Shown here: positions 51,657 through 64,000 of the stretch, piece by piece
How the letters are laid out: every line of letters starts with the position of its first letter
How positions within the stretch are numbered: position 1 is the stretch's first letter
Notes under the pieces: generated by a model
Databases searched by the model: none
What the model was told of the DNA's origin: nothing
What the model saw: only the letters and a program-made list of their open reading frames with translations
Source of the DNA: Octopus sinensis
Taxonomy: Eukaryota
Reading direction: 5' to 3'
Length of the DNA: 64,000 bases
Assembly: GCF_006345805.1 (NCBI RefSeq)
Contig: NC_043019.1
Span: 31,681,360-31,745,359, forward strand
Translations under genes and position numbers: made by a program

Positions 51657-52442
51657 GTAAGTTTTATGAATTTTTTTGCTTCTTTATGATGCCATTCCTT
51701 CCCCTGCTATCATAGATCCCACCAGTACAACCCAATGTTTAGCACACCTACCATTTTCTTTGGTCAGGCATATGCAGTTTCTTCAAGAAGAGGCCTGGAG
51801 CAACTCAGAAGTTTCTGTAGTGTATCTGCCCAGCTTAACACAAAACTTTACTGTACAGTGAGCTTCCAAATTGCCTTCCCGTCTCAACTGCATTTTGCAG
51901 ACCTGCAAACCATGACAAGCAGTGTTTAGTGGGGTGTGTTCAAAGTTCTGTTACAGCTATCTCTTTCAATCTGCCAGCTTTCGTCAAACCATCCAACCCA
52001 TGCCAGCATGGAAAATAGACAGTAAATGATGATGATGATGATGTGGTGGGATGAGGGGAATCACAAGGTCAGAAGGGCTTGATTCCACTGCATGCATAGT
52101 TAGCCTTGTGAGTTGATTTGGTAGACAGAAACTGAAAGAAGCCTGTCCTATATGTGTGTGTGTGTGTGTGTGTATTTGTGAGTCTGAGTTTGTCCCCCCA
52201 CCATCGATTGAAACCGATGTTGGTGTGCCTACGTCCCCGTAACTTAGCAGTTTGGCTAAAGAGACTGATAGAAAAAGTACTAGGCTTACAAGGAGTAAGT
52301 CCTGGGGTCGATTTGTTCGACTAAAGGCGGTGCTCCAGCATGGCCGCAGTCAAATGACTAAAACAAGTAAAAGAAACGGTAGTTAAAATATTCTTTAACT
52401 CCAGTTTGTTATCTTCAGTTTCACTATAGTCAAGGTCGCATA

Positions 52443-52650
52443 CTTCATCCGTCCATCCATCCATCTTCTCTACCCACTATTTCTGGGAGGGCTGTGAAGG
52501 TAGTGTCCTCAGGCACTGCTTCTAAAAAGGTCCCAGAAGCAGCTGTCATCACACTTTCTGGCTAGATTCCCATGTGGGACCAACTGGGACTGCAGATATT
52601 ATCCCACCATCTCTTTCTTGGTCTTCCCTCAGGTCTCCTGCTGGTTTCAT
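52443..52650 (-). mobile_element. RTE/Rex3-like LINE 3' end with (TGGA)n tail
   Basis: Minus-strand translation ..RRPEGRPRKRWWDNI..; tail atggatggatggacggatg. Confidence 0.55.
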
Positions 52651-53231
52651 TTAACTTAGAGAATCCATTTTGTGATTCCTTCTCTACAAATAGCGAAAGA
52701 ATCATAAGATTGGATTTCTTAAACTTCAGAATAAGAAAATATATTTTATCTTTAACTGCAAAATTATTTTACAATCAGTTTATATATTTCCTCCCTTAAA
52801 TGAAATTAATGCAAAACTAATTTGGTGTCGTCGTTATCATCATCATCATCATCATCATTGTTTACCGTCCATCTTCCATGCATGGGTAGGACGGTTGACA
52901 GGAGCCAGGTAGATAGAAGATTACCCCAGGTTATTGTGTCTGTTTTGGCAGGGTTTTTATTGCTGGATGCCCTTCCTACTGCCAATAACTCTGCAGAATG
53001 GAATCAGTGCTTTTTACATGGCACCAGCACAGGCGAGGTCAGTTTTGACATGACTCTTATAGCTGGGTGCCCTTCCAAATGCCAACCACTTTACAGTATG
53101 GACTGGAATCTTTTTTGGTTTATTAAATAATTTCTTGCATTATTTAAAACAAAATCTTTTGTTGATTTTTCTTTTATTTTTTTACTTAACTAACTTCATT
53201 TTTGTTTTTCTATTTTGTTTTGTCTTTGTAG

Positions 53232-53353
53232 GAAGAGATCTTGATGCTCCTAAAGTTGTTTCGGAATATTCCCAAAAATCTGAAGATGTTGCTATAAACA
53301 TTGATGAAAAACAGCCCCTTATTTCCAGAGACCAAATGATCACTATTGATGCT
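53232..53353 (+). CDS. OTOF: Otoferlin exon (GRDLDAPKVVSEYSQK...DQMITIDA), variable linker
   Basis: Long pyrimidine tract, ttgtag|GA AGA...GCT|gtaagt; 122 nt; phases 1/0 fit both neighbours. Confidence 0.88.
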
Positions 53354-53799
53354 GTAAGTATGTGGGTTCAAACCCTCAGTTTTCTATGTCTAAACCTCTG
53401 AGATGACTTGCTCTTAGCAATGTTATAATTATTCATATTCAAAGCATATTCTTTTTATCAACCAGATTATTGGATGTTGTTATACCTCACTGGTCACAAT
53501 GCATTTCCTCACATTATTGTAACTTTTTGAATGATGCCACCCAACACTGACTATGCAGGCAGGTCAACAATCCCCCTGAATGGAAAGCCAGTCCATTGGA
53601 GGGTGACCCATTTACAGCTGAGTGGACTGGAGCAATGTGAAATGAAGTGTTTTGCTCAAGAACACAATGCATCGCCCAGTCCAGGAATCGAAACTATGAT
53701 CTTTTGATCATGAGTGCATTACCCTAGTTTCTAGGTCACAGGTCTATACATATTTATACTTTTATATTTGTAATAAAGCAGTCAGTGAAGATGCATGGC

Positions 53800-54130
53800 T
53801 TAGTGGTTAGAGTGCTGGGCTCACAAGCATGAGGTTTTGTGTTCGATTCCCTGACCAAGCTGTGCATTGTGTTCTTGAGCAAGTCCCTTTATTTCACTTT
53901 GCTCCAATTCACTCAGCTGTAGAAATGAGTTGCGACATCACTGGTGCCAAGCTGTATCAGCCTTTACCTTTCTCTTGGATAACACTAGTGGTATGGAGAG
54001 GGCAGGCTGGTGTGCATTGGCTACTGCTGGTCTTCCACAAAAAGAGCTGTGCCTCTTGCCCAGACTTGTGTCTCAGAGGGGAACTTTATAGGTGCCATCC
54101 CATGATCATTCACAACCAAAGGGGTCTTTA
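53800..54130 (+). mobile_element. Further tRNA-derived SINE family (GGCT.AGTGGTTAGAG...TTCTTGAGCAAG.CACTT...)
   Basis: A/B boxes; related copies at 38305-38620 and 38985-39160. Confidence 0.7.
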
Positions 54131-54966
54131 CTTTTACAGCAGTCAATGATCTACTACTATTTGTGTAGCCATCATTCACTCTCCCCCACAGAAGGATGAT
54201 GTTGGTTAGTAAGCGAATGTGTGAGTGATAGGGAGTCATAAAGATGGGTAATTGTAAAAGAAAGTGATTTTTAACCATGAGTGACACAGGAGAGATGGAG
54301 TGATGGCTAGCACTACACAAATCTGATGAAACTGATGTATCAGTTACAAATTTGATGCAATTTCTCATTACCAATGCATCATTTATCAAAGCTAGCTTCC
54401 TTATCAAAGCATTGCGATTACCTGCATTATTTTCTCTGTGTTTAAGGTCAATAACAAAATGTTTTTAGATTTGTTTACATCCTGCAGTGTATAAAGTTAC
54501 AAACTGTAAACTAACAGCATTCATTTTGCCTGGAACTTTTCAATACATGCTGTTTAACCATAAAATAATTATCAATGATATGTGTATTTGTAGTGATTTT
54601 TTTGAGCTAATAAGATGCATCAAGCTAAGTAAAATTGCTATCTTCCCACACATACAGGTTTATCCTTTGAGGTGCCAGAGCTGCTTAAAAACATCCATGC
54701 TAGTGTTGTGTAAATGCACCTGTGTTGATGCTGTGTAAACACATCTGTGCTGGTGGTAAGTGAAAGGCACCCAGCACACACTGTTAAGTGGTTGGCATTA
54801 GGAAGGGCATCCAACTAGAGAAACCATGCCACAACAGACATCTAGAGTGTGTGTGTGTGTGCATGCATGCATGTGTCTGTGTCTGTGTATGTATGTATGT
54901 ATCAAATTAATAACATAAGACAAAATTAAATACAAAAAAAAAATTCTAAGGGACAATCACAGTTGA

Positions 54967-55320
54967 TACAGTTCTATATTTAAGAGATGAGGAATTATGT
55001 ACATTATCTACATTCGACGGATATTTGTCCTCACCTTGTTTGTTAATACAACGTTTCGGCTGATATACCCTCCAGCCTTCATCAGGTGTCTTGGGGAAAT
55101 TTCGAACCTGGGTTCTCATTCCTAAGGTATTTTTTGATGTTATTATTATTGTTGTTATTGTTCAGGTCACTGCTTGGAATTGAACTTGGAATCTTGGGGT
55201 TAGTAGCATGCGCTCTTAACCACTATGCCATATGCCCTTAATATGCTCTTAACGACTACGCCAAACAAGATGAGGACAAATATCCGTCGAATATAAATAA
55301 TGTAAATAATGTAAATAATC
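54967..55320 (-). mobile_element. tRNA-headed element with Penelope-like, hammerhead-bearing tail and an inverted tail duplication
   Basis: Minus strand: GGGCATATGGCATAGTGGTTAAG..AGTTCAATTCC head; CTGATGA-A-GGCTG..CAGCC-GAAACGT core; related copy at 36142-36470. Confidence 0.7.
55045..55090 (-). ncRNA. Minimal type-I hammerhead ribozyme motif (intact core)
   Basis: GACAC CUGAUGA A GGCUG-loop-CAGCC GAAA C GU U GUAUU; 5-bp stem II, palindromic ACGU stem III, stem I with one mismatch. Confidence 0.7.
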
Positions 55321-55768
55321 ACAGTTGATGTTCTTAAGTTGACACTCTAAGACAGAAAGAAGTTATAAAAGGAAAGTTGTTATGTAAAAGTATAATGTTT
55401 CGGATGTGGTCCTTTGTTGGATACACATGGGAAAGTCCAGAGAAGAGAAGGATAGGAGGAAAGGAGATCGGAAAAAAAAGCAGAAGGAGAGAGAGAGAAA
55501 GTGAACAAAAGAAATACAACACATGGGAAATGCAAGGGAAGCTTTGAAAGGAACAAACCTCATCTGACCTGACCTCTTTTGTTTACTGGTTTTTATAATC
55601 CTAAAGGGATTTTTTAATTACCATGTATCCAAGGGTTAATTCAAATTGATCATACTTCTGGCCTTACTAGAGTACAATTAATGAAAAGAAATCAATAATT
55701 CTATATACTCGTTGCTAATCATGTCGTTTAATGTCTGTGATTTTGATATTTTCGCTTCTACTTGACAG

Positions 55769-55900
55769 ATGGACAGAAAAGAACAGAAAACAGCAGAGAA
55801 CAAAAGACGGCGCAAAGCTGGTATCGATGAAGAAGAACCAGACTTGGAAAGCTTAGATTGGTGGAGCAAGTATTTTGCTTCAGTGGAAACTATGATAAGG
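55769..55900 (+). CDS. OTOF: Otoferlin exon (MDRKEQK...EEEPDLESLDWWSKYFASVETMIR)
   Basis: tgacag|ATG...AGG|gtaaga; 132 nt; ferlin DWWSKY motif. Not in the ORF track. Confidence 0.96.
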
Positions 55901-56029
55901 GTAAGAGTCACATTTTAGCTCTAGCAACAACAAAGAATTTTGCCGCTTATCTTTCAAAGTGATTTTGTTCATTGATTTTCTTTTTTCATAATAATAATAA
56001 TAATAATAATAATAATCATAATCATTATG

Positions 56030-56067
<38 letters not shown>

Positions 56068-57297
56068 CATTAGCAGTTATCAGCTTTTTCAAATTGTCTT
56101 GGCTTCTTTCTTTAGAAGTTTTTCTAGCATGTGTATCTGTTAAATTTTTTTTTTTTTTTTATCTGATCTGCAAAAGCTAAAACAGAAATTAAGAAGAAAA
56201 TAAATAAATCTTGGTTTCAAGCAAATTATAAAACTTCTCTTTTTTTATATATATTTTTTCTCCTTATTCTTTCTTTTAGCAATATTCTTCCTTATCCCTT
56301 AATCTCCAGAATGGAGATTATCCATAATGATGCAGATGGATGGTGTTTTAGGTTTTCTTCTATAACTGTGTGGTCAACAGTTTGCTCCCCCAACCACATG
56401 GTTCTGGTTTCAGTCCTACTGCATGGCAACTTGGGCAAGAGACTTCTGCTATAGCCCCAGGCTGAACAAAGCCTTGTGAGTGGATTTGCAAGACAGAACT
56501 GAAAGAAGCCCATCATGTGTGTGTGTGTGCTTGTGTTTATCTTCCCTCCATCACTTTGACATAAGTACTAGGGTTGATTTATTTGACTAAACACTTCAAG
56601 GTAGTGCCCCAACATGGCCACATTTCTGAATGACTGAAATAAGTAAAAGATAAACGATAAAGAACCCTTTGACTGCAAAATGAAATTTCATGATTGTTCC
56701 AGTGATGATGTTCAATATCTACCAGCAAATAGAATTGGTATTTCCTGCAAGTCATGTGAAGCTGCCTCAATAAACTTGATATAACAGAAAATAGTTTCAA
56801 GCAGAGGTGCAGGCTGTGTGGTAAGTAGCGTGCTTACCAACGACATGGTTCTGGGTTCAGTCCCACTGCATGGCACCTTGGGCAAGTGTCTTCTACTATA
56901 GCATTGGGCCTGCCAAAACCTTGTGAGTGGATTTGGTTGATGGAAACTGAAAGAAGCCTGTCGTATATGTGTGTGTGTGTGTGTGTGTGCTTGTGTGTCT
57001 GTTGGTCCCCCCACCATCACTTGAAACCTGTCATATATATATACATATATATATATATTTCTCTGTGTGTGTTTGTCCCCCCAACATTGCTTGACAACTG
57101 ATGCTGGTGTGTTTACATCCCCATAACTTAGTGGTTTGGCAAAAGAGACCAATAGAATAAGTACTAGGCTTACAAGGAATAAGTCCTGGGGTCAGTTTGT
57201 GTGACTAAAGGCAGTGGTCCAGCATGGCCGCAGTCAAATTACTGAAACCAGTAAAAGAGTGAAAGAATATGACATTCCTCAACAAAAGATAGGTTAA

Positions 57298-57517
57298 CCC
57301 TTTTGATACCAACCCAGCTGAAACCACCTCTGGCTCTGTAGTACAAATGTCTTGTTTTCAAAAGTTCTGAATTAAAATCTTCCACCAAACCTTAGTCACA
57401 ATTTGCTTTTAACACTAGCTTAATGATAACTAAGTTATTTTACTAAATTGTTTGTTATATTTGAAATTAATTGAAAGAAATACAGAGCATTTGAACAGAA
57501 GTATGGTAACAAAAGGG
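57298..57517 (+). mobile_element. piggyBac-type MITE (family 2)
   Basis: TTAA|CCCTTTTGATACC...GGTAACAAAAGGG|TTAA; body matches 24156-24376. Confidence 0.85.
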
Positions 57518-58328
57518 TTAAGGATGATGAGATTTTGAGTGGATTTACTGCTTTGTGCAGTAAATGGGTTGAAACAAAATTAGGAGACATTGGATAATGT
57601 GGTCCTGAATTCAGTATGACTGGAAAAAAAGTACGGTAGTCATGGATTCAACGAGGTCCCTTAACACTTTGGCTGCAAAAATAATTTCATGGTTATTCCA
57701 GTAATGATGTTAAATATCTTTAAAAAAAAAACTGATATTTTCTGCAAGTCACATTGCTTCAGTAAATTTGCCATATCTTAAGAGAAAATAGTTTCAAACA
57801 TGACATTCTTCCACAAAAGATAGATCGGTGTATGGAACTGCTTTCCACTGTTAAGGGTAATGAAATTTTGAGTAAATATATCTGATTTCTGCAGGAAAAG
57901 ATTTAAGACATCTGAAGAAGTTTTAGTATTTTTTTATGTGTTTTTTGCCTCATTTTTCCTACTGTCTGACAGAACTAAAAGTCCTCTCTTCTATTTTAAC
58001 TTACTTTGTCGAATAAGATATTGCATAATTAATAAACAATTCCTTGTTTGAAAATATACTCTTGTTTCAAGTTACACCTTGATAAAGATAAATGATGTAA
58101 AAAAAAAAGGAACAGCAATATTTTCTTGAAGACCTATAACAGAAAGATAATTATTTATCCATCTATCTTCTTCGCCCACCAAAATGTTTAGCAGTATTTT
58201 TTTCTGGCTTTAGATGCTCTCCTAAAATTGTTGGCCATGGGACAAAATTTGAAACTATTATTGCACTTTTGCTAGTCATCCTTTTGGGGTCAATAAAATA
58301 AGTACCAGTCAGGTACCAGTCAGGTATC

Positions 58329-58379
<51 letters not shown>

Positions 58380-58635
58380 TAGGTGGCAAGCTGGCAGAAT
58401 CATTAGCACATGGGACAAAATGCTTAGCTGTATTTCACTCATCTTTACATTCTGAGTTCAAATTCCACCTAGGTCGATTTTGCCTTTCATCCTTTTGCGG
58501 ATCAATGAAATAAGTACCAGTTACATCATGGGATCAGTGAAATTGACTAGCCCCCTCGCCCCAAAATTTCAGGCCTTGTGCCTATAATAGAAAGGATTAT
58601 TACTATTATTATTATTATTGTTATTGTTGTTGTTG

Positions 58636-58679
<44 letters not shown>

Positions 58680-58772
58680 TTTATTATTCTTATTGTTATT
58701 ATTGTTATTGTTGTTATTATTATTATTATTATTATTATATTATTATTTTTATTATTGTTATTGTTATTATTG

Positions 58773-58855
<83 letters not shown>

Positions 58856-59188
58856 GTTATTAAAATTCCGCCGAGGTCAATTTTGGCTTTCATCCTATCA
58901 GGGTCGATGAAATGAATATCAGTTACTCCCTGGCATCAATGTAATTGACTAGCCCCGCCTTGTCCCAAAATTTCAGTGCTTGTGCCTATAATAGAAAGGA
59001 TTATTATTATTGTTATTCTTCTTCTTCTTATTATTATTATTATTCTTATTCTGCCGAGGTCGACTTTGCCTTCCATCCTTTTGGGGTCAATGAAATAAGT
59101 ACCAGTGGAGTACTGGGGTCGATGTAATCGACTAGCCCCCCACCCCCACGAATTTCAAGCCTTGTAGAAAGAATTATTATTATTGTTA

Positions 59189-59231
<43 letters not shown>

Positions 59232-59477
59232 CATTCAGAGGGATGCAATTTTGACATTATAACCAACTTGTGCAGCAAGATTTATTAGCTTTTAATGAGA
59301 AATGCTAGCATGTGATATAGTTTTTACTTTTTATTTTTTTGCCTGTTTTTTGCTAGGGGTTGTTTGCTTTTTTTTTTTTTTTTGTCTTTTTCTAAAATGA
59401 ACTTATCAGTTGTTTGTAAATAAATCACCTTGCTTGTAGATCAGTCATATAGTCATATTTCATCTGTTTCTGGACAG

Positions 59478-59552
59478 GAACCGAGTCTTGGAAAAGATCA
59501 GGTAAAAATTAAAAAAAAAAGTTTAAAGGCTGCACAATCGAAAAATCCTAAG
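59478..59552 (+). CDS. OTOF: Probable otoferlin exon EPSLGKDQ(VKIKKKSLKAAQSKNPK), two in-frame donors
   Basis: ctggacag|GAA; donors CAG|gtaaaa after 59501 and AAG|gtgata after 59552, both phase 0. Lys-rich linker as in otoferlin before the next C2 domain. Confidence 0.6.
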
Positions 59553-59878
59553 GTGATAGTAAAAATCAAACACATATTTATTCTTTTTTTCATTTTTCAT
59601 TGATATTATTTTTTTTTACTCCCACCACTTTCTGAAGCCATATGTTTTTTTTTTATCAAACATTTAATTTTTTTCTCATCACAATGCTTATGTCAAATGA
59701 ACTTTGCATCTCCCACCACATCCTGCATGATCCATTTCAATCTGCCATTAGAATTCTCTCAAGCAATTTATTTCTCATGTTTAAACCACATCTCAGTAAA
59801 GCAACATTTTTTTACCTGTAAATTGTAATCTATCTATCTGTCTCTCTATCTATCTATCTATCTCTCTATCTATCTATC

Positions 59879-59928
<50 letters not shown>

Positions 59929-60046
59929 TTATCTATCTATCTTTCTACCTATCTATCTATCCATTTATCTATCAATCTGTCTATCTGTCTGTCTATTTAT
60001 CTATCTGTCACTCTCTCTCTCCTCTCTCTCCCACACACTCTCTCTT

Positions 60047-60094
<48 letters not shown>

Positions 60095-60097
60095 TAC

Positions 60098-60164
<67 letters not shown>

Positions 60165-60236
60165 GCATATATATATATGTATATATACACAGACATGCAT
60201 ATATATATATAAATACTACTAATAATAATATATATA

Positions 60237-60441
60237 CTGCGATTAAAGCAACATTAATCTATACAATTGACTAAAAAATGATAAACTGACTCCAGCTAGA
60301 ATCAAACCCACAAATCAATGCTAACATAGCTCCTTGCATATCCAATTGAGCCAGAGCACTCACCCATAAATTTCAGTCAAATGTTATGTATAGATACTTA
60401 ACTGTCAAGAAATGTTTACATGAATATCGCTTTAATCAGAG
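60237..60441. mobile_element. TA-flanked MITE with 19-bp imperfect TIRs carrying a tRNA-like segment
   Basis: CTGCGATTAAAGCAACATT / AATATCGCTTTAATCAGAG; minus-strand TGGCTCAATTGG...GGTTTGATTCT at 60289-60360. Confidence 0.55.
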
Positions 60442-60592
60442 TATATCTTACTATTATTATGATATATTATTATATAGTTATTATTGCATAAAAATGACTT
60501 TGGTAATCACTTTTTCTCCGTAACTTATCAAGCCGCCAGTTTGTTTACAAATATTATATATACATATATGTATGTATGTATGTATATATGTA

Positions 60593-60667
<75 letters not shown>

Positions 60668-61168
60668 TTGTATGTATATATGTATGTACATATATATATG
60701 TGCATATATATATATACACACACACATACATACATACATATGTACATACACAACTGTTGAACAATGAGAATGAGTGCTCAACACCACACTGGTGGATAGA
60801 ATTTCTTTATTTGTGTATTGAGGCTACCGTTGGTTTCATGATAAGAATTTTTCAAGCCAATCACATGGAGGAATGGTGTTCATTTTGTGATTGGCTCAAA
60901 AAATTGTTAAGATTTTAAGATATTTTCTTAACATGATATCAATGGTAGCCTTAATACAAAAAATATATATATATGGTGAGTGGATAAATGGAAGAAAGAG
61001 GCACATAGCACATTTAGTAGGATTTATATATTTTATTATCTAAAACAGTTTGATACAGCCCTGTACTACTTTCATAAGCTCCTTACAGAAACCACTGTGC
61101 TTGATGAGCTAAGCCTTTGTAAGAAACCTATGAAACTTCAAGATGTATGGGACCAAATCAAACTGCTT

Positions 61169-61217
<49 letters not shown>

Positions 61218-62846
61218 TAATAATAATATTTTCTACTATAGGTACAAGGCTTGAAATTTTGTGGGAGGGGGATAGTCAATTATATCGACCCTAGTGCCCA
61301 ACTGGTACTTATTTCATCGACCCTGAAAGGATGTAAGACAAAGTAGACCTTGGTGGAATTTGAACCCAGAATGTAAAGACAGACAAAATACCTCTAAGCA
61401 TTTCACCTGGTGTGATAACAATTCAGCTAGCTCACCACTTAAATAATAATAATGGTTATGATAATAATCTTTTCTACTCTAGGCACAAGGCCTGAAATTT
61501 TGGGGGAGGGGACCAGTCGATTAGATCAACCCCAGTATGCAAATGGTACTTAATTTATCGACCCTGAAAGGATGAAAGGCAAAGTCGACCTGGGTGGAAT
61601 TTGAACTCAGAACATAGCAGCAGACGAAATATCGCTAAGCATTTCGCCCAGCATGCTAATGATTCTGCCAGTTTGCCACCTTAATAATGATAATAATAAT
61701 AATAATAGTGATAATAATAATAATAATAATAATAATAATGTATGTATGCCCTCTGTTTATATGTCTATCTGTTTATCTTTGTGTGTGAGAAAGAGTTTGT
61801 TTGTACATAATTATATATGTAAGTTTATATATGGTGTTTGATGCTATATTGATCAAAAACATAAAACTTGGATGTGCGCATAATTTGTGTGTGTACATGT
61901 GTGTGTGTGTGTGTGTAGTGAATATATAACTGTAGGCTATAATGTAAACTGATGTGCAACCAGCCTTGACGAGACTAGTTTAGTTATTTGACTATAATTC
62001 TACTCATCATACATATACAGTACACGTCATCATCATCATCATCATCGTCGTTGTTTAATGTCCGCTTTCTATACTGGCATGAGTAGAACGGTTTGACTGA
62101 GGACTGGTGAGCCAGAAGGCTGCACCAGGCTCAATTGATCTGGCAATGTTTCTACAGCTGGATGCCCTTCCTAATGCCAACCACTCTGAGAGTCTAGTGG
62201 GTGCTTTTATATTCCACCGGCACAAGGGCCAGTCAGGCGGCACTGGCAACGACCACATTCAAATGTTGTTTCTCACATGCCATCGGCACATGTGCTGGTA
62301 AGGCGACACTGGCACTGATCACGCTCGAATAGTACTTTTCACGTGCCACCAGCGAGGGATGCAATCCGTGGCCCTGGCAAAGAGCACACTCGGATGTGCA
62401 TGCATATGCATGCTACACTGTCACACACACTCTGTCTCTCTTTTACACACACACACATATATACATACATACATACATACACACACATCATATTTTGCTT
62501 TGTATGTAACACTGTAATTATTAAAACATGTTTAGAACTTGATACAGTGATGTAGAGTAATATATTTGTATTCATAAAGCAATGTGAGTCAGCTTGTCAT
62601 GTAAGCTATCATCGGTTTTCGCAAATTTGGTTTTCAGCTTCTGCTTATTTTTTACTTGGTATAGAAAATTATGAGAAATGTGGACATTGGACAAGTGTGG
62701 GTGTGTGGTTAAGATGTTTACTTTACAATCACGTGGCTTCAGGTTCAGTCCTACTGTGCAATACTTTGGGCACGTGTCTGTTATCTAATATAGCACTGAC
62801 CAATCCCTTGTGAGTGAATTTGGTAGATGGAAAATGGGTAAAAGCC

Positions 62847-62885
<39 letters not shown>

Positions 62886-63184
62886 TACATACATATATAT
62901 ATATATATAATATATATATATATATATGTTATAATATGTATATATATTATATATTATATATATATATGTATATTATATGTATATAAATGTATATATATAT
63001 ATATATCTATATATGATATATATATATGTATGTATATATGTATATATATATGTATATATGTATGTATATATGTTATATGTATGTATATATGTATATATAT
63101 ATGTATATATATATATGGATATGTATATATATACATATATATGTATATATGTAATATATATATATACATATATAGGATCTTTAA

Positions 63185-63410
63185 CCCTTTGAACGGCAGA
63201 TCAAGAAATTAATTTTTTGTAACTAAACACTTTCAAACTTTGGAGACTGGTAGAATGTGTCATATAAAACATCTTTTACTCTTAGTGTTGTAGAGAAAAG
63301 TTTGCCTTTTCAAAGTTACTTTGTGTTTTATATGACACATTCTACCAGTGTCCAAAGTTTGAAAGTGTTTAGTTACAAAAAATTAATTTCTCAATCTGCC
63401 GTTCAAAGGG
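63185..63410. mobile_element. Foldback MITE with 87-bp TIRs, piggyBac-like ends
   Basis: Arms 63185-63271 and 63324-63410 differ at 3 positions; left TTAA-CCCTTT end; sits in (TA)n. Confidence 0.85.
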
Positions 63411-64000
63411 AAACGATCCTATATATATATATATATATTATATATATTTATATTATTCATAATAGAATGTAAGGATAAAAATCGCGTTAATGATTTTTAT
63501 CAGGTAGTCAGCATGCTTTATAAAAATTTATAGGTAATTTATACATTAAATTAATAATAATATACATATGTAAATAATTATATTATGGGAGCAAGGGCAA
63601 AGACGACCTATCTCCAACATACTTGAAGTGCTGATACCTTCAAAACATTAGTTTTTTTAAGGTATTGGCACTTCAAGCATGCTGGAGATAGGATGTTTTT
63701 GCCCTTGCTCTCTTAATATAATTATATACACATGTATATCATATTAATATATATATGTACATACATATATGTATATCTAATATAGGATAAAATTTTCAAA
63801 AAGATTTTATCAGTGGCCAGCATATTAAAAAATACCTTTAAAGGTTAAATTTATAAACAACTTATAAACAAGGGCAAAAGAAAAAAACTCCAATGCCAAA
63901 TATGCCGAAACTAGACTTAAATCGTCAGTAACCACATAATTCATCACTATAAGCATGCATCTCGAAGCAAGCCGACAGAAAAAAATATGTTATATGTATA

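Noticed and set aside
54447-54488. 42-nt phase-0/0 exon candidate VNNKMFLDLFTSCS
   Set aside because: AAG acceptor and AGT|gtataa donor are mediocre, and composition equals the intron background; expected by chance.
59553-64000. Next otoferlin exon
   Set aside because: No open segment with ferlin similarity and good splice sites found; it probably lies beyond the window.

Overview
Eukaryotic, AT-rich, repeat-dense genomic DNA. The repeat landscape resembles that of octopod cephalopods, but this is an inference from the repeats, not a database match. The whole 64 kb lies inside one + strand gene, an otoferlin (OTOF, ferlin family) orthologue. I reconstructed 17 GT-AG exons (401-55900) that join in one open frame of 945 codons. 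They cover the FerI end, C2C, FerA, FerB, C2D, the C2-like region after C2D, and the DWWSKY motif. A probable 18th exon lies at 59478. The gene starts before and ends after the window. Nearly all other ORF-track entries are microsatellite artefacts. The introns hold several tRNA-headed SINE families, RTE and R4/Dong-type LINE remnants, mariner relics, Tc1/mariner-, piggyBac- and hAT-type MITEs, foldback palindromes and local tandem arrays. The most interesting signals are three. (1) Minimal type-I hammerhead ribozyme motifs sit in Penelope-like tails, including a tRNA-headed, hammerhead-tailed chimeric element present twice with inverted tail duplications. (2) In-frame candidate cassette and micro-exons lie in the 20.5 kb intron after C2D. 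(3) A tandem array is built from copies of a real splice acceptor plus the start of its exon.
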